Source: Marsupella aquatica (lineage: Eukaryota; Plantae; Marchantiophyta). Taken from it: a stretch of DNA of 64,000 bases. Shown here piece after piece: positions 1 through 11,410 of this stretch (position 1 is the stretch's first letter; each line of letters begins with the position of its first letter). The DNA is taken from assembly GCA_973895155.1 (NCBI GenBank), contig OZ316894.1, positions 19,506,805 through 19,570,804 of the forward strand, in the 5' to 3' direction. The notes below the pieces were generated by a model. It was not told the origin of the DNA. It saw only the letters and a list, made by a program, of their open reading frames with translations, and made no database searches. A program made the position numbers and the translations under genes.

Positions 1-458
1 AATATTCCCGCACAGTCCAACAGGGCTCACAGGGGGCCGTTCCCCCTGTCGGAGCGGTTAAAACGGAGGGTCACAGGGCCCGGGATGAGGCACAACCAAT
101 TTGGAGAGAAAAAATAATAATTCAGAAAAACACACTCTAAAGGGGTCTTAAAGCCCCTGGAAAAAGGCGCTCGTATTCGCGGCCAGAATTGCGTATAAAC
201 AGCAAAAAATGTGAAAAAAACGGGTTTAAAGGGGTCAAAACACGCGTATTTTCGCGTTTTTGGGCTGTATATGGGCGTTTTTGGCCGTATTTGGGCCCAA
301 AAAAGCATGTTTTCACGCTTAAAGGGGTGTGGGAGGCCGGTGTGCGCGCCGGGGGTATGGCAAACCTGGTTTGTCGGGTATTGGGGCCGTATTGGGGCAA
401 AAAATGCCCTAAACTAACCTTAAAAATGTGCCCAAAATGACACAAAGGCCGTGTTACA
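1..458. mobile_element. Probable LTR terminus of a third retroelement, running off the window start
   Basis: Segment ends ...GGCCGTGTTACA at 458 (TGTAACAC on the minus strand, a typical LTR terminus). Composition changes abruptly here (A/T-run-rich, non-coding). The other end and TSD are outside the window. Confidence 0.35.
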
Positions 459-1127
459 AACCTCAGCCGCCTCCGCTTTGGTTTCCAATGAGAAAAGTGA
501 TGACCGCCGACATGAAAATGTTTCTGAATTGCATCGGCACGTCTGAAGCTCCACCAGAGAAAGAACTTTTATTGCGTCGCCTTCACTCCGCGTCAAGTGC
601 CAATCTCGGACTCAAAACGACCGTCTCGCCACGATCTCTCCGTTGAGCCTCAGCACTTCGCGTTTCTTCCTCCGAGTCAAGCGTCACGGCGAGTAATCCG
701 GTTCAGGGAAAAACAAGCACCATAGCTTGTCAAAAAACCAGAATGCCTCCTTCACTCGTCACGACGCACTCGTTCCACAAACGTCAGCAAACTAGATACC
801 AAAACGACCAGCACGCTCCAACCTTCAACTTGAACTATCACATGCGACGCCCCGCACACCGCACAGCTCACACCGTTGAAGAAACGATCTCTGGTTTCTC
901 CCCCGAAATACCGTCGAACATGAATAAACCCTGAACGACGCAAACTTCAATTCCTCCGCACCACGGATACCGATCAGCGAGCTCTAACCACCATTAGAAT
1001 GCCCTCTCACTAACCTATCCGCTCAGTCACACACAATCGAGTTTCATGCGATAAAACTCTGAATGTACCATCGACAATGAACGCTGAAAAAAACCTGTCA
1101 CGAAAAAACCTCGTCACCTCCCAGGCA

Positions 1128-1140
1128 TGCTCTGATACCA
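1128..1140 (-). promoter_or_regulatory. Primer binding site complementary to tRNA-iMet 3' end
   Basis: Plus-strand TGCTCTGATACCA is the reverse complement of TGGTATCAGAGCA, adjacent to the LTR end at 1143. Confidence 0.85.
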
Positions 1141-1142
1141 CT

Positions 1143-1486
1143 TGTTGAGCATAGACGACATTCGCAACAGCAAGCCCATGAACCATCCAATGCACAATAG
1201 TCGACACAGAGAGATACGTGGTTCACCTCCACATGAGGCTACGTCCACCGGAACACACAAGAGCTTTACTGCACTCTAGGCCGACCGATCATACCAAGCA
1301 TCCACAACACAAGCTCTCCCTATCTCTCAACTAGCTCCATAACAATGAGCCTAAGTTCCACCAGGGTCTGGCATCAGCCCTGGCTATATGCACAATAGTA
1401 CTACCGCTAACCTTAGCTAGGTCCTAACCCGAGTTAGCCTAATTATGGTTAGCACAAGAGTCACAAGACTAGAGCAATATCTAACA
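1143..1486 (-). repeat. LTR (344 bp)
   Basis: Minus strand reads TGTTAGATATTG...GCTCAACA. It is adjacent to the PBS and homologous to the solo LTR at 6877-7169. Confidence 0.8.
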
Positions 1487-4400
1487 AGCCGGTCACAGAC
1501 AAGGATCTGCTAGAGAAGACCTTGTCGATATTTCATTCATCGAATGTGTTGCTATCAACACAGTATCGAAACATGAAGTTCGGGCAATACTCCGAGCTCA
1601 TAGCCCACTTCCTAGTCACCGAAAGAAACCAAGAGCTTCTTTTAGTAATCTCTAGAAAATGCCCTGCGGGCACACTACCCTCAGGACAACAGAATGAAAC
1701 CCATAACATAGAAAATGCTGAACCCTCCATATCGAGGCAAGGCATTAAACGCACTAAGAATAGCAACCGGAGAAACACCCACAACAGGGGAAGTTTCTAT
1801 AACCAATGTCCACAATATAACTCCCAATGGACCTTTAGAGGACGTGGTGGACGAGAAGGACGAGGAGGACGCGGCGGTGGAAGAACATACACCAAAAACC
1901 GCAGAAATGATTGGTCACAATCCCGACAACAAAGGGAACGACCGAAATGCCATGAATGTGGCATGACAAACCACCTAGCGAGAAACTGTAGAATCCCGCA
2001 ACACCTTAGAGAATTATATCAACGGTCCCTCCAGGATGGACAAACATCAAGGGCACCACCCCGTGAAACCCACGGAGCGTTTATGGAGTCAAGTGACCCA
2101 TTCCAAGACTTTTCAGACCTACCCGCCCAACCCGAGGCACACTTAGTGGCAAGTAGCTCCACTACACCAGATTTAAATAGTCCAAGCACATGTATTATCG
2201 ACAGTGCGACCACGCATACTATCCTCAAGGATAGACACCTTTTCCACAAGATTACACCCTCACGTAGGTCTCTCACCACTATCAATGGTCCTAGCCAAAT
2301 AGAAGAGGGCTTTGGCCCAACTTCTATTAGACTCCCGCAGGGGACCGAAATACACATAGAATCTGCTATTTTCGCCCCAAATGCAACTCGTAATCTCCTC
2401 AGTTTTAGAGATATACGAGAAAATGGACTACACATCCAAACAGGCGATACAAGAGACCAAGAAGTCATCCACTTGGTTGAAAATACCCCTACGGGGAAAA
2501 TCATTAAAGAAACCCTTTTCTCGTATCCTTGCGGGTTTTATGTAACTCATATTGAATGCCTGCATAACAATGCCAACACAAGCAAATTGCATGCGCTTTG
2601 GCATGCACGTCTAGGCCACCCCGGCCAATCAATGCTAACCAAAATCATTAAGAATTCAAGAGGCATTCCAATCAATACACGCCACATTCCAGCGAGCACC
2701 CCATGCACTGCATGCTCACGCGGCAAATTAATAACAAGGCCCACGGCAACCTAAACCCTAAACCCTAAACAACGCCAACTAAAATACCCCAATTCTTGGA
2801 AATCATCCATGCAGATGTTTGCGAGCCAATTAACCCTCCAAGCGGACCTTTCCGCTACTTTATGGTATTAATCGACGCATCAACTAAATGGTCAAATGTG
2901 ACACTGCTTTCAACGAGGAACATGGTTATGCCTCGCATTTTGGCGCAAATCTTGCGCGTGAAAGCACAACTCCCAGATCACCCCATTAAGACACTCAGGG
3001 TGGACAATGCAGGGGAATTCACATCCGAAACATTTGACGACTTTTGCACATCACTTGGCATAGACGTACAATATCCTGTACCTCACGTGCATTTTCAGGA
3101 TGGATTAGCTGAAGCGGTCATTAAATGCCTTCAGTTAATTGCACGCCCATTACTAATGCAGTCAAAACTCCCCGTATCAGCATGGGGACACGCCATATTA
3201 CAGGCCAATGCATTAATCCAATACCGCCCATCGGCTTTTAATACCTATAGCCCATACCAAATTGCTAATGGTATTAAACCTGACCTATCACATCTTCGTT
3301 CATTTGGATCTCAAATAATGGTCCCCATTACTTCACCCAAACAAACCAAGATGGGACCCCAACGACAGTTGGGAATATACATTGGATTCGACTCTCCATC
3401 CATAATCCGATATATGGAGCCCACAACCGGCGACGTCTTTAAATCTAGATTCCTAGATTGTCATTTTGATGAACATGTTTATCCACCGTTAGTAACCCCT
3501 GAACACCCACAACCACCTTTGGAGTGGGAAAGATATTCACCATTTTGGCAAGACCTTCAAACCAATCAAGGGGAGAAAGAATTTCAACAAATTTTGCAAC
3601 TCCACAAGATTGTGGAAGAACTTCCAAACGCTTTTGTCGATACATCACAAGTTATCCGCTCACATATTCCAGCTGCGAGAGCATCTGCTCGCATCAAATT
3701 ATCAAGTGAGCCAGCAAATACATCCCAGCCTCGTGCCAAACGTGGCAGACCCTTGGGATCAAAGGATAAACAACCAAGAAGGCGTGGTTCATCTATACCA
3801 CCTTCACCTAATGTCGATCATAATGAATCCACAACTCATGAGGAGATTTCTATCCACTACGCACACACCGGCAAGATGTGGGATAGAAATACTACTTCAA
3901 TAGATGATGTTTTTGCATTAATGGTGGCAACACGTATCACAGACGAAACACCCGAACCAATATCCATCTTAGAATGCCAAAACAGACCAGATTGGCCTGA
4001 ATGGCAAAAAGCTATAAACGGACAATTAGATTCCCTACTAAGCAGACACACTTTTGGCCCAGTTGAGCCAACACCCCAAGACGTACATCTCATTGGCTAC
4101 AAGTGGACATTCGTCCGAAAAAGAAACGATAAAGGCCAAGTTGTACGCTACAAAGCACGTCTGGTAGGGAAAGTATTTACCCAACAACCGGGAATTCATT
4201 ACGATGAAACTTACTCACCGGTTATGGATAGCACAACATTCCGATACCTTATCGGATTTGCCATTTTCCATAAACTACAAATGCGACAACTGGATGTTGC
4301 AACCGCATATCTATATGGAACTTTAGACACTTGTCTATACATGCGATCACCTCCCGAGTTGGAGCAACGTCGCCGAGCTTTAGCTCAAGGCGCTAAATTG

Positions 4401-5716
4401 CATATCCCATATTTACATAAGATTATAACACAATTATCTCAAGTTACACCTCATGTGTCATCTATACATGTAACTCATAATAACGACACCGCTGTGTCAA
4501 CCGTACGGAATACTCGCCGCCTACTAGCTATCCGCGTGTTGAAGGCATTATATGGTCTGAAACAAAGTGGCAGAGTATGATATCAAAGATTTACTGATGA
4601 AATGATTGCCATGGGTTTTTCCCATGATGCCATTACCCCATGTTTATTTATTAAACATGTGGATGACAAATATGTCATCGTTTCTATCTATGTTGATGAC
4701 TTAAACATATTTGGGACACCCCAAATTACCGAAAATACTATTACTCGTCTTAAATCAACATTTGAGATGAAAGACCTTGGACATACAAACTTTTGCTTAG
4801 GATTATAACTGGAGATCTTACCTACTGGCATGATGCTCCACCAAACCACACAAACCAAAAATATCCTAAAACAGTTCAATATGAACCTAACACACCCATT
4901 GACGTCACCAATGGTAGTACGTTCATTAGAAAACAATACTGACGTTTTTCGCAAGCGCGAAGAACATGAACCAATATTAGGACCAGAAACTCCGTATCTT
5001 TCTACGATAGGAGCATTAATGTATTTAGCAAATCAGACACGACCAGACATTGCATTTGCAATTAACCTACTAGCTAGACACAGTGCAACTCCCACAGCCA
5101 GACACTGGAACGGAGTTAAGCACGTATTTAGGTACCTGCGTGACACCACCGATATCGGGTTATTTTACCCATTAGGTGCAAACCACAAACTCATAGGATA
5201 TGCGGATGCCGGATATCTTTTCGATACTGACACCGCAAATCCCAAACCGGATATGTTTTTACTATAGGGGGTACCGCCTTTTCTTGGAAAAGCGTGAAAC
5301 AGACCCTATCAGCAACCTCATCGAATCACTCAGAAATCTTAGCTCTACATGAGGCTAGGCGTGAAGCCGTTTGGTTACGATCCTTTATAAACCACATCAA
5401 CACCAAATGCGGCCTATCACCACTAATGAAGCGGCCTACTAAAATTTTTGAGGATAACGCAACATGTATACAGCAGATCATGAAAGGATTCATCAATGGC
5501 GATCGCGTGAAGCATATAGCTCCAAAGTTTTTCTACACTCACGAGTTACATGGAAAAGAGATCAACATTTTGCAGATTTCAAGTGCAGACAACTGCGCGG
5601 ATCTCTTCACCAAATCATTATCGCCATCAGTTCACCATCGACACTGCCAGGCGATTGGACTGCGGAGCGTGCGACGCATGATGACCGTGGAAGTTGCTAC
5701 TCCACATGACGATTGA
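1487..5716 (+). pseudogene. Disrupted gag-pol polyprotein
   Basis: ORFs 1522-2754, 2796-4580, 4602-4808, 4830-5267 and 5294-5716 join into one polyprotein. Lesions: 23-bp insertion at 2751-2773, TGA at 4578 (conserved Trp position), TAA at 4806 (likely CAA), and a 1-bp frameshift near 5235 (KSQTGYVF continues in another frame). Confidence 0.9.
2751..2773 (+). repeat. Interstitial telomeric repeat (CCCTAAA)n insertion
   Basis: CTAAACCCTAAACCCTAAA is flanked by duplicated CAAC (2747-2750 and 2770-2773). Removing 23 bp fuses the two pol ORFs in frame. Confidence 0.85.
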
Positions 5717-6027
5717 TGCTGCTGATGACATGATACTGACGACCTACTATTGAGACAAATATTAAAACTAGATTTACTATAGCATCTAACTTTATTTAAT
5801 ATTAACATTTATTACGATGAGGACTGTTAGGCTGCACTCTTTTTCCTTTAGCACTCATATTTTTCTCTGCTACACTGGTAGAGTTTTTACTAGGCTAGAG
5901 TTGATAAAGGTTTTTTAACGAGGCAGTCTACCTCGCTTGTACTTATATCATGTATTTCATATGAACATGATATAATAGGTATAGTCTATGTTGTCTATAT
6001 AGTTGTCACTATATATCCAAAGGGGAG

Positions 6028-6170
6028 TGTTAGACTCTACCTCTGACCGGATGACCGGACCAGCCGGTCATCCGACTACCCTATATGTACTCTCATTCAT
6101 GACTATACACTGACTCATTCTCATTCAGACTTTGACAATCACAATACTTTTCATGATGATTTTTCCAACA
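6028..6170 (+). repeat. 3' LTR of the Bianca-like element (143 bp)
   Basis: Starts TGTTAG immediately after the PPT and ends TTCCAACA. Short LTRs are typical of Bianca. Confidence 0.75.
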
Positions 6171-6876
6171 AATAGTGTGAATGGTTTTTCTGGAGTCCTA
6201 TCACATGAAACTTAGAGATTTTGGGCTCAATGAAGAGATTGATGTGAGAGCTCTCCAATGATGCTGAAGTATCACTCATCGGAGTCTGTAATGCAAAGCA
6301 ACAAAAAAATTATGTTTAGCTTTTTGGGTGCGCTTGTCCCAATTTGTGTTTTAACAAATTTTTGGGGAGGGACCAGAGTTTATTTTCTTGATAACATGTG
6401 ATAATTAATTTTCATAATTACTCTATTGTATATTTGAAAACAATTGGAAAAAAAACTCTCATAAATTGTATCAAACACAACTATTTAATACATTTAGAGG
6501 AAAATAATAAAAATAACTTGAAACTTTGATGAATTTATCATGAATTTGATACTTTTAGATCTATAGATACTATGTAATTGCACTAAAGTTAATTGTAATC
6601 AAGTGATTGAGATTATATGTGTACGTTATGAGGACTTAGTTAATGAATGGGATTTATGTTCAGTGGTATGGATCCAGTTAGGAGATAACAAAGCTTAGTC
6701 TATGGAGTCTTGGTTTGGGTGACGGGTTTAGAGTTCAATAAAAAATTATTGTATGTTCCCCTGTACCTAGTCTCTAATGTAAATTGATCACATATCTCTT
6801 GTGTATTTATTGGATGTTATATATGTATATGTTGTCTATCTAAAAGTATAATACAAGGGTCCCTCTCTTTTATAGA

Positions 6877-7169
6877 TGTTAGATATTGCTCTTAGTTTTA
6901 TGACTCTATAGTTAACCGCAATTAGTCTAACTCAGGTTAAGACTTAGCTCAGGTTAGCGGTAGTGTTGTTGTGTATATAGCCAAAACTGGTGCGAGTCCC
7001 CGATGGATCTTCAGTTCATTGTTGGAGTGCAGCAAGAAAGAAGTAAAGGTCTCTTGCTTTCCTGTGGATGTAGCCTCGATCATGAGATGAACCACGTATT
7101 CATTGTGTCGACTACTTTGTATGGTGTTCACATGTGCATGGTGTCATGAGATAGTGATTATCCCCAACA
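6877..7169 (+). mobile_element. Solo LTR (293 bp) with 5-bp TSD
   Basis: TGTTAGATATTGCTC...CCCCAACA flanked by ATAGA at 6872-6876 and 7170-7174. The first ~150 bp align with the reverse complement of LTR 1143-1486. Confidence 0.85.
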
Positions 7170-10100
7170 ATAGAGTGGTCCTCCTTTGAATTTGCACTCC
7201 ACACAAAGTAAAGAGTGTGACAAAGATAACCAAAAACAAGAATTACATTTAGTGCAAACGAAAAGAGTGACACGGTATTCCAAGCAAGAAAAGGTAGGTG
7301 CCAAATGATGCACGAGAATCAACTAAGTCCTTTATGTACCATCCATGCATAGGCTATCCATGCACATAAAGGGCTTGTCCCTCTACCATTTTTACCCCTA
7401 TAATCCCTGATTGGTCTGTTTACAAACTGATAAAAAGCAAGAACCAAGCTTGACCCTTCATCAGAACATTATTTATTGACACCTTCAGATCTATCCATAT
7501 ACACCATCCATAATAAATGTCTGCCCAAGTTCCCATTTAGCTCTATTGAGGCTTGAATTTCTGGCCTAACAACTCCCTTTTTCCCCAACATTGAAGCTTC
7601 AACAACAATGCGACCCGTCCAATCTCATGCTACATGAACAAGAGCAGGTAACATAAGCACTGTGAAACACAGACAGACTGAGTGAGTAACATAAGCATGT
7701 GGATTTTGCCGCCCAAGAATTTCAAACTGGACCACGTGCAAACTTGCACTTATGAATTAAGGGCAACCAAAATTGGACCAGAACACGAACCGTCGCTGAA
7801 CAAAGCCAGACCAAGTAACACGCATTGGCAGAAGGGACGAGCAACGCTTAGGGCCCCAAAAGGTTGGCCAGCCTTAACTAGGTCTGAATTTAAGGTATAT
7901 TTGGATTGAAGGGCTTGGGGGCTTCAGATCAATTGGATTCCTGATAATCAATTTTAAACATGTGTAGTGATCACTAGGTCAGGAATCTAGCAAGCTCGTG
8001 GTGGAGGATTGTGCAACTCGTTTGGATCAATCGACTTATTGGATCAATCGATTTATTAATAAGATGGGATTTGTGAAAATTGGACCCACCAGGTTTCATG
8101 AATGCACAAATGCTTTCCCAATTAGAGTTTTCTCACAAACAAGCGATGGACAAAAGTTACAATGCCACATCTCAGGATGTACAAACATGTAGTATCAAGG
8201 CAGGCTACTGGCCCTTACATTACTTCAGAGATGTAAAATTGACTATTGTAGAGGCTGCAAAAAGATTTCATTTGCAGGCGTGGATGGCCTGATCTTGGAC
8301 TTCTCCACAATGTTTCAATGTCCGACAACAAGAATTTTCTACGTCACAAAAAACCTCCATATGCAGCCTGCAGAAATATCGACAATTATCGACGAGAGTA
8401 CCGTGCAAAAAGCACGTCTACATCCTGTACAACACGACCTTCCTCTCCAAAGCTACTGGTAGCACTTCAGCCTGCGGGGCTGCCAACTCTAATTATTACT
8501 CAGAACCGGATCGATCAATAGATCTGATAAGCAATGAGTGGCGATGAAGACCAGAAAAGTGCAATGATAGGGTTGACTGCCTTGAGCCAGGGCTCGGAAC
8601 GCGCTGTGAATCTTATCTGAGCTCGTATTGAAGGAATGTCGTGAGAACTGTCGAGGGTTCCCAGCCTTTGATTGTGACAGCCAGTTTTGAACTTTCAGTC
8701 GAATTTCTTCTCGATGGATATGTGTACACTCAGTGCTTCACAATCCAATCCTTTCAAGTGAAAGAATTCTGGTAGGGCTGCCACAACAGGCCTACATCTG
8801 TGGTCTCTTTTATGTCCTTGAAATGATCCATAAACCCAGAAATGACGGAGGACAGGAACCGCAACATTGGCTGCTGCTCCGTGATGGGGACGCTCTTCTG
8901 TGGAATATCTTCTGCGCTGGTACGACTCTCCTCTCCCACTGTTGTCAAGCTCAGTCTCGACTTGGCCATTGCGCACAAGAACAAGAGAGCATATATATCG
9001 ATAGACCACCACTAAGTTCCCGATCAGATCTCACTGATCCAAGCAAGATGCTGCGCTCTCGATCAGACAGAGCTCGAAAATTGCAATTCAAGGCACTGAG
9101 GCGAAAGCGTAAATTGAGTGCAAGCCCTTGCAGCTCACCTGCAAGAGATGCGGACAGTGGAACCACACTACAGGAGAGAAATTAGACGCAGATGATGAAA
9201 AGCACCTGGACGGAGACGAATCTATACTAGGCACTGGTCCGAACTCCGATGGACCGGCTAGTACCAACCCGGAAGACCATTATCCTGATGAAGTCTGTAG
9301 GCAGGTGGACCGGACGGGCCAGACCATGAAAATTTCACCATATCCGGTCCTCATCGCATTAATCCATCATCCGGGCCGAACTAAATGTATCTCAGACACT
9401 GCACTACTGCAGAGCAAAGTCCGACGATAGACGGACCAAGTTCAGCAGCGCTCTTTAATTTTTCGCAATTCTTCAGTGTGTAATGGACACGTTTTCACCA
9501 TTCTTCACTAGAGAATGAACACGTGTAGACAGACCCCACCAAGATGACGTCGAAACAGCGAAGCACAGCCTTGTAGCTGACTGTTATTCTCGATATTGTC
9601 AATTCCAGTACACAAGCATTGCTGAATGACATGCAAGTAATCTCAACCCTGCATCTCTAAAAGTGACAACTGAGAAATCAAGTGAACTGGGCTCCTCGAT
9701 GGCTCGATCAGCCGGTATTTGAAAAAGTATTCGCAGAATAGGACACAAAGGAGATGACGCTCCGTAGGTCCCACTGAAACAATCGAGTATCTGTAGGACG
9801 AAGAGTAGCATGCATGATTGTGAATAAAAACATGCATTCCTCATCATTCGTTAAAAGTTTACAACTCTACAAGACTCTACTGAATGAGAGGTTGGCATGG
9901 TAGGCTGGGGTAAGTCATCAATTCATAATTGGCGTGAACTGGCTGGTGGAGCGAGTTCCTTCCCTTCTCTAGTCTCTACTACTCTCTTCACTTCGTCGTC
10001 AGTGAGTTTGCTCACCGTTGTCGTAACTAAGGGTTGTCGTTGCTAACTTGCTGAGGTGGAGTTCTCTCGTCAGCAGTTTGTAATTGTCGTTTGCCTGAGT

Positions 10101-10509
10101 CGAGTTCCTTTGGTTCACTTGGTCATCAGCTTGTACTAATTGTCGGTCTTAGTGTATTTGCCCAGATTGTGACCATCGCTTTTCCAAATTATTGGGGCGG
10201 GGATCGAGAAGTCTTTTGGTCGTCGCGGAATCAGACTTATTGGAGCTCTGTTTGACTGAAAGGACTGCCTGGTAGGTGTCTCCCTCCCCAGTTTGACACA
10301 CGTCAACATCCTCAAGAGTCTGAAATTGAACTCATCTCGAGCCGCACAAGTAATGCAACTCACCATTCAAGATGCGAAGCAGAAAAGTTGACAATCTGCT
10401 AATCAACAACGGACGCAGGGAGAAAACGTCAGAATTTACATTAATTAAAAAAATTAATTGAAATAGTTACGAGGTTCTCTTATTCATGTCCCCCTCTTGA
10501 TACTCTTAT

Positions 10510-11410
10510 TCCCGGTTTGGACTTGCCCGGCAAATAGAGCCTTTAGAGGCCCGGCAAATAGAGCCTTTAGAGGCCGTCAACCGGCAAGTCGGCACCCGGA
10601 CCATCCCGACCCCGGCCCCATCCCCCGGTCCCAGCCCCGGCCCGAGTTTGACACTTCACCCCCGTCCCCCGGCCCCATCCCCCGGTCTCGCCCCCCCCCC
10701 CCCCCTTCCCCTTTTTTACTCCCCCGGTCCCGGTCCCGGCCCCCAGTCCCGGCCTGAGTTCACCTTTTTTACTCCGACCCCCAGTCCCGGCCCCGGCCCC
10801 CGGTCCCGGCCCCCGGTCCCGGCCTGAGTTCACCTTTTTTACTCCCCCGATCCGCATCCCCCGGTCTCCCCTCTTTAACACTCCCGGCCCCGGCACGGCC
10901 GGCAGGGAGGAGGGGTAGTTCGGGAGGCCCGGGAGGGGGATTTAGTGAGGAGGGGAGGAGGGAGGAGGGCTTCGGGAGGTGGAGGAGGGGAGGGGAGGAG
11001 GGAAGAGGGGTTCGCGAGGAGGAGGGAGGAGGGGAGGGGAGTGCACGAGGGGAGGGGAGGGGAGGGGGGAGTGCGCGAGGAGGAGGGGAGGAGGGGAGGA
11101 GGGGAGAAGGCCGGGAGCATGGCGGGCCGGGTCGGCAGGGAGGAGAGGAGGAGGCCAGGCTGGGCCGGCAGGGAGGGGAGGAGGGCCGGGAGCATGGCGG
11201 GCCGGGTCTGGGGCCGGGCCGGGTCCGGGTGAGGAAGACAGGCAGGGTCCGGGAGGAGGCCGGGTTTGGGCCGGGAAGAATTCGGGCCGGGCCGGGGAAT
11301 AAGTGCGAATATCCGTCAAATAGAGGCATTTTGGTTCGACAAATGCCGAGTTTATGTGCCGGGCAAGGGCAAGGGCAAGTCGGCAAGTTGCCCGTCACTT
11401 CAAACCGGGA
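10510..11410. mobile_element. GC-rich non-autonomous TIR element (possibly hAT-like)
   Basis: Inverted termini TCCCGGTTTG (10510-10519) and CAAACCGGGA (11401-11410), with further inverted GACTTGCCC/GGGCAAGTC motifs. Left half has CCCGG-rich repeats, right half GGA/CCGGG-rich repeats. No clean TSD seen. Confidence 0.55.

Larger units (their letters stand above)
459..1486 (-). mobile_element. 5' part of a minus-strand LTR retrotransposon (LTR + PBS + leader) inserted into the Bianca gag
   Basis: TG...CA-bounded LTR at 1143-1486. On the minus strand, TGGTATCAGAGCA (tRNA-iMet PBS) follows 2 nt after it. Bianca gag coding resumes at 1487. No recognisable gag ORF in 459-1127. Confidence 0.75.
1487..6170 (+). 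mobile_element. Ty1/copia LTR retrotransposon, Bianca-like lineage, 5' end disrupted, decayed
   Basis: Domain order is gag (DLLEKTLSIFHSSNVLLSTQYR...YSELI, Bianca-like; CHECGMTNHLARNC knuckle), protease (IIDSATTH), GAG-pre-integrase (WHARLGHP...CTAC), integrase (HADV/VDNAGEF/GLAE), RT (YKARLV, LYGLKQSGR, YVDDL), RNase H (YADA, SEILA, EDN, ADLFTK). PPT AAAGGGGAG at 6019-6027, then a short 3' LTR. Confidence 0.9.
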
